In this document: piece by piece, positions 27,400 through 36,336 of the stretch
Position numbering within the stretch: position 1 is the first letter of the stretch
Layout: each line of letters starts with the position of its first letter
Assembly: GCA_040755995.1 (NCBI GenBank)
Contig: JBFMAF010000043.1
Coordinates: forward strand, 64,001 to 128,000
DNA length: 64,000 nt
Direction: 5' to 3'
From: Acidobacteriota bacterium
Lineage (GTDB): Bacteria > Acidobacteriota > CAIWXX01
The notes under the pieces: model-generated
The model's input: only the letters and a program-made list of their open reading frames with translations
What the model was told of the DNA's origin: nothing
The model's database searches: none
Position numbers and translations under genes: made by a program

Positions 27400-27716
27400 C
27401 TCAGCCGTCCTTCCGTCCTCAGGCGGCGGACGAACGGTGACTCGCCGGCCTCCGTCCTAAGCCGGGCAACCCGGCGAAGCTGTTCGTGGATCTCACTGTC
27501 CATTTCGGCCTTGTGATCGTAGTAGTAGGAGAGCGCCGCATGGATATGCGCCAGGCCTATCTGCCGATAGTGCTGGAAGTAGATCTCCTCGGCAGTCCAT
27601 CCATGCGCGATGTGGTCTAGTACGATCTCCAGGACCTTGCACGTAGTACCTTCAACCCATGCACGTCCAGCCTCATCAATGAGGATGTGCGGAACTGAAA
27701 CAAGAGTCGGAGCCAT
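27396..27716 (-). CDS. DUF433 antitoxin
   Basis: GRAWVEGT..KV.EI...GWTAEEI...IHAALSYYYDH; AGGAGG RBS; overlaps the toxin start. Confidence 0.88.
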   Translation of the reverse strand: MAPTLVSVPHILIDEAGRAWVEGTTCKVLEIVLDHIAHGWTAEEIYFQHYRQIGLAHIHAALSYYYDHKAEMDSEIHEQLRRVARLRTEAGESPFVRRLRTEGRLS

Positions 27717-27953
27717 GGTGTCTCACCTCCTATGAGAATCCAGCGACGTGCGCGCCTCGCTGGCCTGCTCAAGCTGTCTGGTAGGCCTTGAGGAAGCCCT
27801 CACGGCTAATGTCGCATTGTCTTCAGACCTCAGTACCCGTAAGTATAATACAAGTCACCACGGCCTTAACGCCAGTCTGCACCCGCCAACCCGCCAACCC
27901 GCCAACCCCAACCCCGACCTCGACGCCGTATTCCAGCGGCAACAAAGGTGGCG

Positions 27954-29303
27954 TCAGGCGCGGGGAGCGGGGATGACGGCGGCTTTTCGCAGCATCTCGG
28001 CTACGTGCGATGCTTCGCGGCCGGCGAAGTGCGCGATCTGCTTGCGGCAGGAGATGCCCATGACGGCCACGTCGGCATCCGGGCGGGCATCGAGCGCCGG
28101 CAGCAGCATGCGCGCGCAGGCCGCCTTCGACGTCTCGTAGTGCTCGACCTCGTAGCCGAACGCGCCGGCCATCCCGCAGCAGGCCGCGTCGACCAGCTCG
28201 GCGCGATAGCCCGCCTGGTTCAGCAGAGAGATCGTCTTGGCCGGGCTCGCGAACGCCTTCTGCTGGCAGTGCCCGTGGAAGAGCAGCGGTCTGGCGTCGT
28301 CAGGCGCGGCCTTGAACGAGAGCTCGAGTTCCTTCCGCTCCGCCAGCATTACCAGGAATTCGTCGATCAGCAGGCTGTGCTGAGCCACTACCGCCGCCTT
28401 GTCTAGCAGCTGCGTCTTACGGAGCAGCTCCGGGTACTCGTCACGCAGCGTCAGCAGGCAGGACGGCTCGCAGCCGACGACATAGGTACCCTTGGACGCC
28501 GGCTCATACAGGCGCTCCACATTCACCCGCGCGTGCTCGGCGGCCCTGTCCAGAAACCCCTTCGAAATCATCGGGCGGCCGCAACAGACAGTGTCCGACA
28601 GCTCGACGCGATACCCTGCGGCCTCGATCAGCTCGGTCGCTGCGACGCCGACTTGCGGCGAATCGAAGTCCATGAATGTGTCGTGAAATAGGATCACAGC
28701 TCCGCGGTGCCCGTCCCCGACCGGCGTGTGCTGCCGGAACCAGGCGGGGAAGGAGATCGATGCGAACGGCGGCAACGAGCGGGCCTTGTGTATCCCCAGC
28801 ACGTGATGGGCCGCGAAGCCGGCTCCGGGAATTCGTAGCAGCCAGTTGCTGACCGGAGCCGTCGCGCTGGCGACGCGCGAAATCCTGTGGATGTTCGCAA
28901 AAAACTTGGACCGCAGCGATCTGCCGTGCGCTCGATACTGCTGTGCCGCGGCAGCCATGTACTGCCGGCCGTCGCCGAGCTGGCCGGCCTGGACCATGTT
29001 GGCCAACGGGCCGGCGCGCACCGTTCGCAACAACCGCATCACGCGCGCCGGATTGACGTTTTTCGGACAGACGGTTGCGCAGGTCAGGCATCCGGCGCAC
29101 TCCCAGGTCGTGTCCACCTCTATCGCACGCTCGACGTCGCCGATCTGAAGCAGCCGGATGACCTGTTGCGGCGAGAATGAGAAAGGGCACGAGGCCGTGC
29201 ACTTCCCGCACTGATTGCAGGCGAAGATGTTCTGGTTGCTGTAGTCCTCGATAGCCTCGATCAGGCCGTCCTCGACCGAACCGCGCGGCAGCATCAGGTT
29301 CAT
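27954..29303 (-). CDS. HdrC-like 2x[4Fe-4S] domain fused to GlpC-like CCG domains
   Basis: CNQCGKCTASCP and CAGCLTCATVCP, then CCGRP, GCEPSC, HGHC, CCGMAGAFG and G.SCR.QI; ATGA overlap with the gamma subunit gene. Confidence 0.88.
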   Translation of the reverse strand: MNLMLPRGSVEDGLIEAIEDYSNQNIFACNQCGKCTASCPFSFSPQQVIRLLQIGDVERAIEVDTTWECAGCLTCATVCPKNVNPARVMRLLRTVRAGPLANMVQAGQLGDGRQYMAAAAQQYRAHGRSLRSKFFANIHRISRVASATAPVSNWLLRIPGAGFAAHHVLGIHKARSLPPFASISFPAWFRQHTPVGDGHRGAVILFHDTFMDFDSPQVGVAATELIEAAGYRVELSDTVCCGRPMISKGFLDRAAEHARVNVERLYEPASKGTYVVGCEPSCLLTLRDEYPELLRKTQLLDKAAVVAQHSLLIDEFLVMLAERKELELSFKAAPDDARPLLFHGHCQQKAFASPAKTISLLNQAGYRAELVDAACCGMAGAFGYEVEHYETSKAACARMLLPALDARPDADVAVMGISCRKQIAHFAGREASHVAEMLRKAAVIPAPRA

Positions 29304-29881
29304 AGGGCCTTCTGCGCCTCCTCCCCGCACGCGAACCCCTCGTCGAACGCCCGCAAGTTGATCTCCTCCGTTCCCTTCGGCACCGATGATGCAACGGCGC
29401 CGCGCAGCGCATCACGCGAGACGACACCGGTCGCCCCGGAGAGAAAACCAAGCACCACCATGTTGAGGACGATGCGACGGCCGAGCTTGTCGGCAAGGCG
29501 CGTGGCCGGAACCTTCAGCACCTGCCGGTTCTGCTCGACGGCCGCGTCGAGCTGAACGAGGTCGTCATCGATCACGAGAAGCGCCTGGGAGGGGCGAGTC
29601 GCTCCGTGCTTCAGGTAGGCGTCCTGCGAGAGAACCACGACCAGGTCCGGCGAGATCACGCGCGGGTAGTCGATGTCGCCGTCGGCGATGACCACTTCCG
29701 AGAGGCACGACCCCCCTCGAGACTCCGGTCCGTAGCTCTGAGCCATCACCGCGTTGCGCCCCTCGTCGACCGCCGCTGCGCGGCCCAGGATGTAGCCCGC
29801 CATGACGATGCCCTGGCCGCCGAAGCCGCTCAGCTTCACCTCGATGCGCTTCTTCCCTGTCAGCGTAGATGTTTGGCTCAT
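29300..29881 (-). CDS. korC: 2-oxoacid:ferredoxin oxidoreductase gamma subunit
   Basis: SGFGGQGIV.AG, QSYGPESRGG, NMVVLG. Confidence 0.93.
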   Translation of the reverse strand: MSQTSTLTGKKRIEVKLSGFGGQGIVMAGYILGRAAAVDEGRNAVMAQSYGPESRGGSCLSEVVIADGDIDYPRVISPDLVVVLSQDAYLKHGATRPSQALLVIDDDLVQLDAAVEQNRQVLKVPATRLADKLGRRIVLNMVVLGFLSGATGVVSRDALRGAVASSVPKGTEEINLRAFDEGFACGEEAQKAL

Positions 29882-29888
29882 CTGCTCC

Positions 29889-30800
29889 TCATTTCGCTCT
29901 GGCGGCCTTCCCTTGCGCCCTCGGATCGATCTCCCCGCGGACCACGTCCAGGAAGGTCGGCTGGGATTTCTCCACGAACTTGCCGACGACGATCCTGCCG
30001 CCTAGGCGCAGGTCGCAGCTCTCGAGCGGAGCGAAGTTGATCACTTCGGCGTTGTCTCTGTAATAGCGCATCTCGCTCACCGCATCCCCCCGCTTGTTGA
30101 ATCGCCCGTAGTAGATGGGGCAGGGTGAGATGATTTCGATGAAGGCGAAGCCCTTGTGCTTGAGCGCTTCGACCATGGAGCGGCGGATGCGACCGAGGTC
30201 GAGGACCGTCCAACGGGCGACATAGGTGGCTCCGGCTGCGGCCACCAGGTACGGGACGTTGAACGACGCCTCCGCGTTTCCGTAGGGAGTCGTCGTGGTG
30301 CGGGCGCCGGTGTGAGAGCTGGGGCCCGCCTGGCCGCCGGTCATTCCGTAGTTGAAGTTGTTCACGCAGACCACGGTCAGGTCGGCATTGCGGCGCGCGG
30401 CATGGATGAGGTGGTTGCCGCCGATGGCGAGCAGATCGCCGTCTCCGCTGAGCACCACGACTTCGAGCGACGGGTTGCCGACGTGCAAACCGAGCGCGAA
30501 CGGGATGGCGCGGCCGTGCGTCGTGTGGAACGTGTCGCAATTCATGTACCCGCTGATCCGGCCGCTGCATCCGATGCCCGAGACTGTCGCCAACCGATTC
30601 AGATCTACTTCCGCCTCTTTCAACGCCTGCGTGAAGCAGCCCATCGTGATGCCCACACCGCAACCCGAGCACCAGATGTGTGGGATGCGGTCTGACCTCA
30701 GAGCCCACTCGGTCGGATGCTCCAGTGCTTCCTCGATCATCTCCCCCGACCAATGCTCGTCCGGATCGATCCCCGCCTCATGTTCACGCGTCATCTGCAT
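29889..30800 (-). CDS. korB: 2-oxoacid:ferredoxin oxidoreductase beta subunit
   Basis: WCSGCG, SGIGCS, HTTHGRA, TPP motif GDGD...NN.NYGMTGGQ, SPCP. Confidence 0.95.
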   Translation of the reverse strand: MQMTREHEAGIDPDEHWSGEMIEEALEHPTEWALRSDRIPHIWCSGCGVGITMGCFTQALKEAEVDLNRLATVSGIGCSGRISGYMNCDTFHTTHGRAIPFALGLHVGNPSLEVVVLSGDGDLLAIGGNHLIHAARRNADLTVVCVNNFNYGMTGGQAGPSSHTGARTTTTPYGNAEASFNVPYLVAAAGATYVARWTVLDLGRIRRSMVEALKHKGFAFIEIISPCPIYYGRFNKRGDAVSEMRYYRDNAEVINFAPLESCDLRLGGRIVVGKFVEKSQPTFLDVVRGEIDPRAQGKAARAK

Positions 30801-30816
30801 GAGTCACCTCTCAACG

Positions 30817-30962
30817 CGCATTCCGCATTTCTCCATACTCGGGTTTCCGGACTCTGAACTCCGATGTCCGGATTCCGCATTCCGCACTCCGCATTCCGCA
30901 TTTCTCCGGATTCCGTTCTCGGGATTTCTGATTCCGCATTCAGCATTCCGCATTCCGCATTC
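30817..30962. repeat. heptamer tandem repeats (ATTCCGC)n
   Basis: Several runs of ATTCCGC/ACTCCGC/ATTCAGC fill the flxA-korB spacer. Confidence 0.85.
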
Positions 30963-30963
30963 T

Positions 30964-31818
30964 CTACATGTCTTTTGGCATCGTCTGCATCTGGGCCCAG
31001 GTCACCACCGGGCCGTCGCGACAGACGAAGAACGGGCCGATGTTGCATCGCCCGCAGAGTCCGATGCCGCACTTCATCTTGTTCTCGAGAGTGGTAACGA
31101 CCTGTTGCGGCGAGTACCCGAGCTTTTCGAGCGAGAGAAACATGAAGTGAAGCATGACCGGGGGCCCGCAGACGACGACGGCGCGGCCGTCGGGACCGAG
31201 CGCAAGGCGTTCGAAGACGTGCGGGAGCAGCCCGACTTCGCCATCCCACTCCGGCGTCTCTCCCCCTGGGTCAACCGTCCGGACGACGCGGACGCCATCC
31301 TTCTTCTGCCATTCCCACATCTCCTCTCGATAGACCAGGTCCGAGGCCGTCCGAGCACCGTTCAGGATCACGATCTGGCCGAACTCCGCGCGACGGTCGA
31401 GGACGTACTGGATCGGCGATCTCAGGGCGGCCATTCCGATGCCGCCGCCGATGAACATGAGGTCTCTGCCTTTCCAATCAGCAACCGGGAAGGTGTTGCC
31501 GTAGGGGCCGCGAAACCCGATGATCTCGCCTGAAGCCAGACCGCGCAGCGCGTTCGTCACCTTGCCGATTGCGCGAAAAGTGCATTCGATTCTCACGTCG
31601 CCGCCCGCGGGCCGCAGCGGCGGGGCGTTGGCGATCGTGAACACGCATTCCCCTGCTCCCCAGACTGTGAAGTGCCCGAACTGGCCCGGTCCCCATGCTG
31701 TCGAGAACTCGCGCGCCGCCTCCCGATCCAGAAAATCCAGCTCGAGAGTCCGCACGTCCGGCGTCTCATCGCGGACTCCGACGATGCGCATCAGGTCGGG
31801 CCGGTATGGATTGTCCAT
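30964..31818 (-). CDS. flxA: FlxA/AsrB-like FAD/NAD-binding [2Fe-2S] subunit
   Basis: PGQF, GFRGPYGN, GGGIGMA, VCGPP, MKCGIGLCGRCN...VC.DGPV. Confidence 0.88.
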   Translation of the reverse strand: MDNPYRPDLMRIVGVRDETPDVRTLELDFLDREAAREFSTAWGPGQFGHFTVWGAGECVFTIANAPPLRPAGGDVRIECTFRAIGKVTNALRGLASGEIIGFRGPYGNTFPVADWKGRDLMFIGGGIGMAALRSPIQYVLDRRAEFGQIVILNGARTASDLVYREEMWEWQKKDGVRVVRTVDPGGETPEWDGEVGLLPHVFERLALGPDGRAVVVCGPPVMLHFMFLSLEKLGYSPQQVVTTLENKMKCGIGLCGRCNIGPFFVCRDGPVVTWAQMQTMPKDM

Positions 31819-31822
31819 CGAA

Positions 31823-32899
31823 TCAGCTCCGCTCGCTCGCCCCGACCTCGTTCCGCTGCGCCTCCACAACCGCGCGCACAGCTTCGTAGATATCAATGCC
31901 TGCCGGGCACAGCAAGATGCAGCGCCCGCACCCGACGCACATCAAGCGCCCATCCCGCTCCATAGGGAAGTACGCGAACTTGTGCAGGACCCGCTGGCGA
32001 TAGCGCTCGACCTGCGTCGGTCGAGGATTGTGGCCGGAAGCATGTCGCGTGAAGAGCCCGAACGTGCAGCTGTCCCACGACCGGCACAGGCTGCCGCACC
32101 ACGGATTGCCCTCGTCCTGCATATCGAAACACGAGCAGGATGGGCAGACGTACGAACAGATGCTGCAGCTCATGCACCGTTCGCCCAAGTGCTGCCATAC
32201 CGGAAGGTCGAATGCGCGATCGAGGAGCGCCGGCCATTCCGGCATCACCGGGCTCCTCCTCATAGATTCCTCTACACGCCTTCGCTGATTCTCTGCGGCG
32301 ACGTCGTGCTCGGCGGTGCTCTCCGGCCACGCATGGCGCTGTCGCGCGAGCAGGCCCGCGCCCTTCGGCGTGATCGAACGAAGCAGCCATCGACCGGCCA
32401 GCGGGATCAGGATCGCATCGGCGCCCTCCTCGCCGTGGGGCGTTCCGCCGGCCGCCGTGCAGAAGCAGTCCGGCGTGGCATCGACGCACGAGAGCGACAC
32501 GACGGTGGTGCGATCTCTGCGTCGTTGGTAGTGAGGATCCCGCGTGCCGGAGAGGAACACCGAGTCCAGCCGCGCCAGTCCGGCCGCGTCACAGGGACGA
32601 ACGCCCACGATGGCCTGATCGGCCAGGAGCGGCTCCGGATCTCGCAGCCTCGGGGCACCGTCTTCGAAAGTGTATGCGTAGAGCGGCTCGGATCGAGGCA
32701 AGAGGAACTCCTTGGGCGACCACTGGGTCTTGCCCGCAGCAAGCGAGATGGAATCGGCGGATGTCACCTGCCGGAAGATTCTCAGGTCATCCTCGTCAAC
32801 CGGGCCAACCAGCTTCGTGCCGTCCGCAATCAGTTGCTGAAACCACTCCCGGAGCTCCCTCTCGGTCAACCACCAGCCCCGCGGAGTCTGCGCACTCAT
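31823..32899 (-). CDS. flxB: FlxB/AsrA-like [4Fe-4S] subunit
   Basis: SPKEFL.P, GVRPCD, CFC, CMSCSICSYVCPSCSCF, WDSC, HKF and CVGCGRC..CP; ATG 32899 overlaps the upstream stop. Confidence 0.86.
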   Translation of the reverse strand: MSAQTPRGWWLTERELREWFQQLIADGTKLVGPVDEDDLRIFRQVTSADSISLAAGKTQWSPKEFLLPRSEPLYAYTFEDGAPRLRDPEPLLADQAIVGVRPCDAAGLARLDSVFLSGTRDPHYQRRRDRTTVVSLSCVDATPDCFCTAAGGTPHGEEGADAILIPLAGRWLLRSITPKGAGLLARQRHAWPESTAEHDVAAENQRRRVEESMRRSPVMPEWPALLDRAFDLPVWQHLGERCMSCSICSYVCPSCSCFDMQDEGNPWCGSLCRSWDSCTFGLFTRHASGHNPRPTQVERYRQRVLHKFAYFPMERDGRLMCVGCGRCILLCPAGIDIYEAVRAVVEAQRNEVGASERS

Positions 32900-34308
32900 C
32901 GGATGAACTCCTCGGAATCGTCCTGGCGGAAGCTCGCCAATGGAGGAGACGCAACGGCATCCTGACCGGCGCGATATCCGAATCGGCGTTCGACTTCGAT
33001 CGCCAGCCGGCGGTTCAGAAGGTCCAGCCGGATGTTGGCGGGGCAGACGCGCGAGCACTCGTCGCAGCCGATGCATCTCCCCGCCAGGTGGAACGCCCTG
33101 ACGACGTTCCACGCGGTGTTGCCCTTGCCGTCGATCGAGGTGCTGATCCACTGCGGCCGGTGTTTTTCCGCGATGCAAGTTTCGCAGTAGCAGAGCGGGC
33201 ACACTGCGCGGCAGGCGTAACACCTCAGGCAACGAGCGAACTGGTTCTGCCAGAAATTCCAGCGGTCCAGCAGCGGCAGCGACTCGATATAGCCGACGTC
33301 CGCGTCCCGGACGTCCGGCGGGACTGCCACCTGCACCCCCATCGCCGCGGCGGCCGGCCGGGCGCCTCCTGCGCTCAGATCGCAGAGCGGCGAGACCTGG
33401 CCGTCGCAGTTGAAGCACTTCGACGCAAGGCGCCCGTTCACCCGCACTCCTGTGCAGGGCACGCCGATAAGCACGACGTCTTCACGCCGTATCTGATTCT
33501 CCTGGAGCAACCCCACCACGGCCTTGCTGTCGCAACTCTTGACGATGATGCCGACCTTGCCTGAGCGCATTGCAGCCGGTAGATACGCGGCGAGGTTCGC
33601 GGAGCACCCGTCGGTCCACGCGAGCACCGATGCATCTGCGACATTGTCCAGGAACACTGGGACGATCTTCCCGGGCAGCGAGCTCTCGCCGTATCCTATG
33701 AGCCTCGATATCCGGCCGCTGCTCAGCAGCTCCGATGCGGCTCTGCGCAGCTCCGCGAGTACCGGCGCGCGCTCGTCCTCGCCGGGCCTGCGGCCGGCCT
33801 GGTCGGCCGGCGAGGCGAAGCGGACCAGAGCAAGCCGGCCATGATCCTGCACTCGGCCCCAAGGAGAAATAGGGCCGGCATCACGAACGCCCTGCGTCAC
33901 CTCCTCGACAACTCGCGCCCACTTCACCCCTTCGGACGCCGAGACCCAGGAGAACTGCAGCCGCCGCGGATCGACGCCGAGGAATTCGAGCAGAGCGCGG
34001 AACACGGCAAACCGGCGCCGGGCGAAGTAGTTGCCCTGCACGTAGTGACAATCGCCTGGATGGCAGCCGGACACCAGAACCCCATCCGCGCCCTGTTCGA
34101 AGGCCCTCAAGATGAAGAGCGGGCTCATTCGTCCCGTACATGGGAATCGCAGGATGCGCACGTTGGGCGGATAGATCCGGCGCGTCGTGCCGGCCATGTC
34201 GGCTCCCGCGTACGTGCACCAGTGGCAGACGAACGCGATGATGTGCGGCTGCCAGGCGCTCGCGGACGCATCCACCGCCTGCGCCAACGGTGTCGCAGCA
34301 GAGTCCAT
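32896..34308 (-). CDS. FlxD(MvhD)-FlxC fusion
   Basis: N-terminal FVCHWCTYAGAD..CTGR..GADGV.VSGCHPGDCHY..GN..WVSASEG (MvhD). C-terminal CLRCYACRAVCPLCYC and HLAGRCIGCDEC.RVCP (FlxC). Confidence 0.9.
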   Translation of the reverse strand: MDSAATPLAQAVDASASAWQPHIIAFVCHWCTYAGADMAGTTRRIYPPNVRILRFPCTGRMSPLFILRAFEQGADGVLVSGCHPGDCHYVQGNYFARRRFAVFRALLEFLGVDPRRLQFSWVSASEGVKWARVVEEVTQGVRDAGPISPWGRVQDHGRLALVRFASPADQAGRRPGEDERAPVLAELRRAASELLSSGRISRLIGYGESSLPGKIVPVFLDNVADASVLAWTDGCSANLAAYLPAAMRSGKVGIIVKSCDSKAVVGLLQENQIRREDVVLIGVPCTGVRVNGRLASKCFNCDGQVSPLCDLSAGGARPAAAAMGVQVAVPPDVRDADVGYIESLPLLDRWNFWQNQFARCLRCYACRAVCPLCYCETCIAEKHRPQWISTSIDGKGNTAWNVVRAFHLAGRCIGCDECSRVCPANIRLDLLNRRLAIEVERRFGYRAGQDAVASPPLASFRQDDSEEFIR

Positions 34309-34315
34309 GCCGATC

Positions 34316-36331
34316 TCACCTGGCCGCAGCGGCGGGCAACGGGCCCAGTGCGCCGAGTTGAGCGAATACCTGATCGTCGGTGAAGCCGCACAGCTCGATC
34401 GAGCCGCTCCTGCAAGCGGCCGTGCAAACGCCGCAGCCCTCGCACATCGCCTGGTTCACACGCGCAACGACCCTGACCAGTTCTCCTTTGCGGTCGCGGA
34501 TCTCCTTGCGCTCGATCGCTCCATATGCGCACACTCGCTGGCATTCGAAGCAGCCCGAGCACGCGGCCTCGTTGACTTGCGACGTGATGGGCTCGCGACA
34601 CAGCATCGGCTTGGAGAAGAGCTCCATTCCCTTCGCGGCGGCGGCCGAGGCCTGCGCCACCGTGTCGGGGATGTCCTTCGGCGCATGGGCCGCACCGGCC
34701 AGATAGATGCCGGCAGTCAGCGTCTCGACAGGTCGCAGCTTCGGGTGAGCCTCCTGGAAGAACCCGTGTGCGTCGGCAGGGATGCGGAGCTTGCTCGCCA
34801 GATCCCCGTTGGAGCTCGGGATGCTGGCCGCGGCCAGCACGACGAGGTCCGCCTTCAGCTCCACCTGTTGTCCCGACAGCGTATCCGCGCCGAACACGAT
34901 GAGCTTGCCGTTGCGCGACAAGACGCGGCTCACGCGGCCGCGTATGTACAGCACGCGCTCCTCTTCCATCACGCGCTGGACGAATTCTTCATATCCCTTT
35001 CCGCCGGCGCGGATGTCCATGTAGAACACGTATGCCCTGGCGTCGTGGACCTTGTGCTTGAAGAGCAGTGCGTGCTTGGCGGTGAACATGCAGCAGACGC
35101 GCGAGCAGTACGGCACGCCGTGCCTCGGGTCGCGCGATCCTACGCACTGGATGAATACCACGTCCTTTGGGACCTTGCCGTCGGACGGCCTGCGGACCTC
35201 GCCGCCGGTGGGCCCTGAGGCCGAGAGCATGCGCTCGAACTCCAGGCCGTCGACGACATCAGGGAATTTGCCGTATCCGCACTCCTCGGCCTGCTCGCCC
35301 AGAAGCAGGCGGTATCCCGTTGCGACCACTATCGCGCCGACTTCGCGCTCGACGATCTCCGGCTTCATGTCGAAGTCGATCGCCTTCACGTTGCAGTCGC
35401 TTGCGCATCGTTCGCATGCGAGGACGCGGTAGCCGCTCTTACTTTCGAGTGTGGAGTTGACGCAGCGCGCCGCATCCAGGGTGTAGGTCGATGGGACGGC
35501 CTGAGGGAATGGGATGTAGATGGCCTTCCGCCAGGACAGGTTCATGTCGAACTCGTTCGGCACATCCACGGGGCAGACTTTCGCGCACGCATTGCAGGCG
35601 GTGCATACTCCCTCGCGCACGAAGCGGGGCTTCTTGCGGATGCGCACTTTGAAATTCCCGACGTACCCGCTGACTTCCTCGACTTCGGAGTAGGTCAGGA
35701 GCTCGATATTGGGATGGCGGGCGACCTCGACCATCAGCGGCGTGAGAATACACTGTGAGCAGTCGAGGGTGGGGAAGGTCTCGGAGAGGCGCGCCATGTT
35801 CCCGCCCAGGGACGGCTGCTTCTCGACGAGCACCACCGGGTGGCCGGCGTTGGCGATGTCGAGGGCAGTGCGGATGCCTGCGACACCGCCGCCGATCACC
35901 AGTGCCCGTTTCGTCACCGGCACCTTGATGGGCTCGAGCGGGCGCGCGTGGCGCACGCGTTCCACAGCGGACACGACCAGGTGGCACGCCTTCGGCGTTG
36001 CCATAGCTGGGTCGTGGTGCACCCACGAGCAGTGCTCGCGGATGTTTGCGATCTCGCAGAGGTAAGGATTCAGGCCTGCCTGGATCGTGGCGCGGCGGAA
36101 GGTGGGCTCGTGGAGCTGAGGAGAGCATGCGGCGACGACTACACCGGTGAGGCCGTGTTCTTTGACGGCGTCGACGAGGATCTTCTGGCCGGGTGAGGAA
36201 CACAGGTAGGCGTAGTCGGTGGAGAACGCGACGTGCGGGATGCGGCGTGCGAACTGCGCAACGTCGCCCACGCGCACGGTGCGGGCGATGTTCTCACCGC
36301 AGTGGCAGACGAAAACGCCTATGCGCGCCAC
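34316..36331 (-). CDS. hdrA: heterodisulfide reductase subunit A-like flavoprotein
   Basis: RIGVFVCHCG.NI, ACSP..HE.TF, NIREHCSWVH, GGGVAG, TFPTLDC, QCVGSRD, CSRVCCM, HPKLRP, PKDIP and two ferredoxin inserts; GTG start at 36331. Confidence 0.95.
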   Translation of the reverse strand: MARIGVFVCHCGENIARTVRVGDVAQFARRIPHVAFSTDYAYLCSSPGQKILVDAVKEHGLTGVVVAACSPQLHEPTFRRATIQAGLNPYLCEIANIREHCSWVHHDPAMATPKACHLVVSAVERVRHARPLEPIKVPVTKRALVIGGGVAGIRTALDIANAGHPVVLVEKQPSLGGNMARLSETFPTLDCSQCILTPLMVEVARHPNIELLTYSEVEEVSGYVGNFKVRIRKKPRFVREGVCTACNACAKVCPVDVPNEFDMNLSWRKAIYIPFPQAVPSTYTLDAARCVNSTLESKSGYRVLACERCASDCNVKAIDFDMKPEIVEREVGAIVVATGYRLLLGEQAEECGYGKFPDVVDGLEFERMLSASGPTGGEVRRPSDGKVPKDVVFIQCVGSRDPRHGVPYCSRVCCMFTAKHALLFKHKVHDARAYVFYMDIRAGGKGYEEFVQRVMEEERVLYIRGRVSRVLSRNGKLIVFGADTLSGQQVELKADLVVLAAASIPSSNGDLASKLRIPADAHGFFQEAHPKLRPVETLTAGIYLAGAAHAPKDIPDTVAQASAAAAKGMELFSKPMLCREPITSQVNEAACSGCFECQRVCAYGAIERKEIRDRKGELVRVVARVNQAMCEGCGVCTAACRSGSIELCGFTDDQVFAQLGALGPLPAAAAR

Positions 36332-36336
36332 GTGTG

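Noticed and set aside
18160..28123. Diversity-generating retroelement (TR/VR) explanation for the triple repeat
   Set aside because: Differences are not adenine-specific, many are synonymous, and there is no reverse transcriptase in the window.
30817..30962. CRISPR array
   Set aside because: 7-bp tandem units with no unique spacers and no cas genes.
34316..36331. Selenocysteine recoding in HdrA, MvhD or the hydrogenase
   Set aside because: All reading frames are open, with Cys at the relevant motifs and no in-frame TGA.
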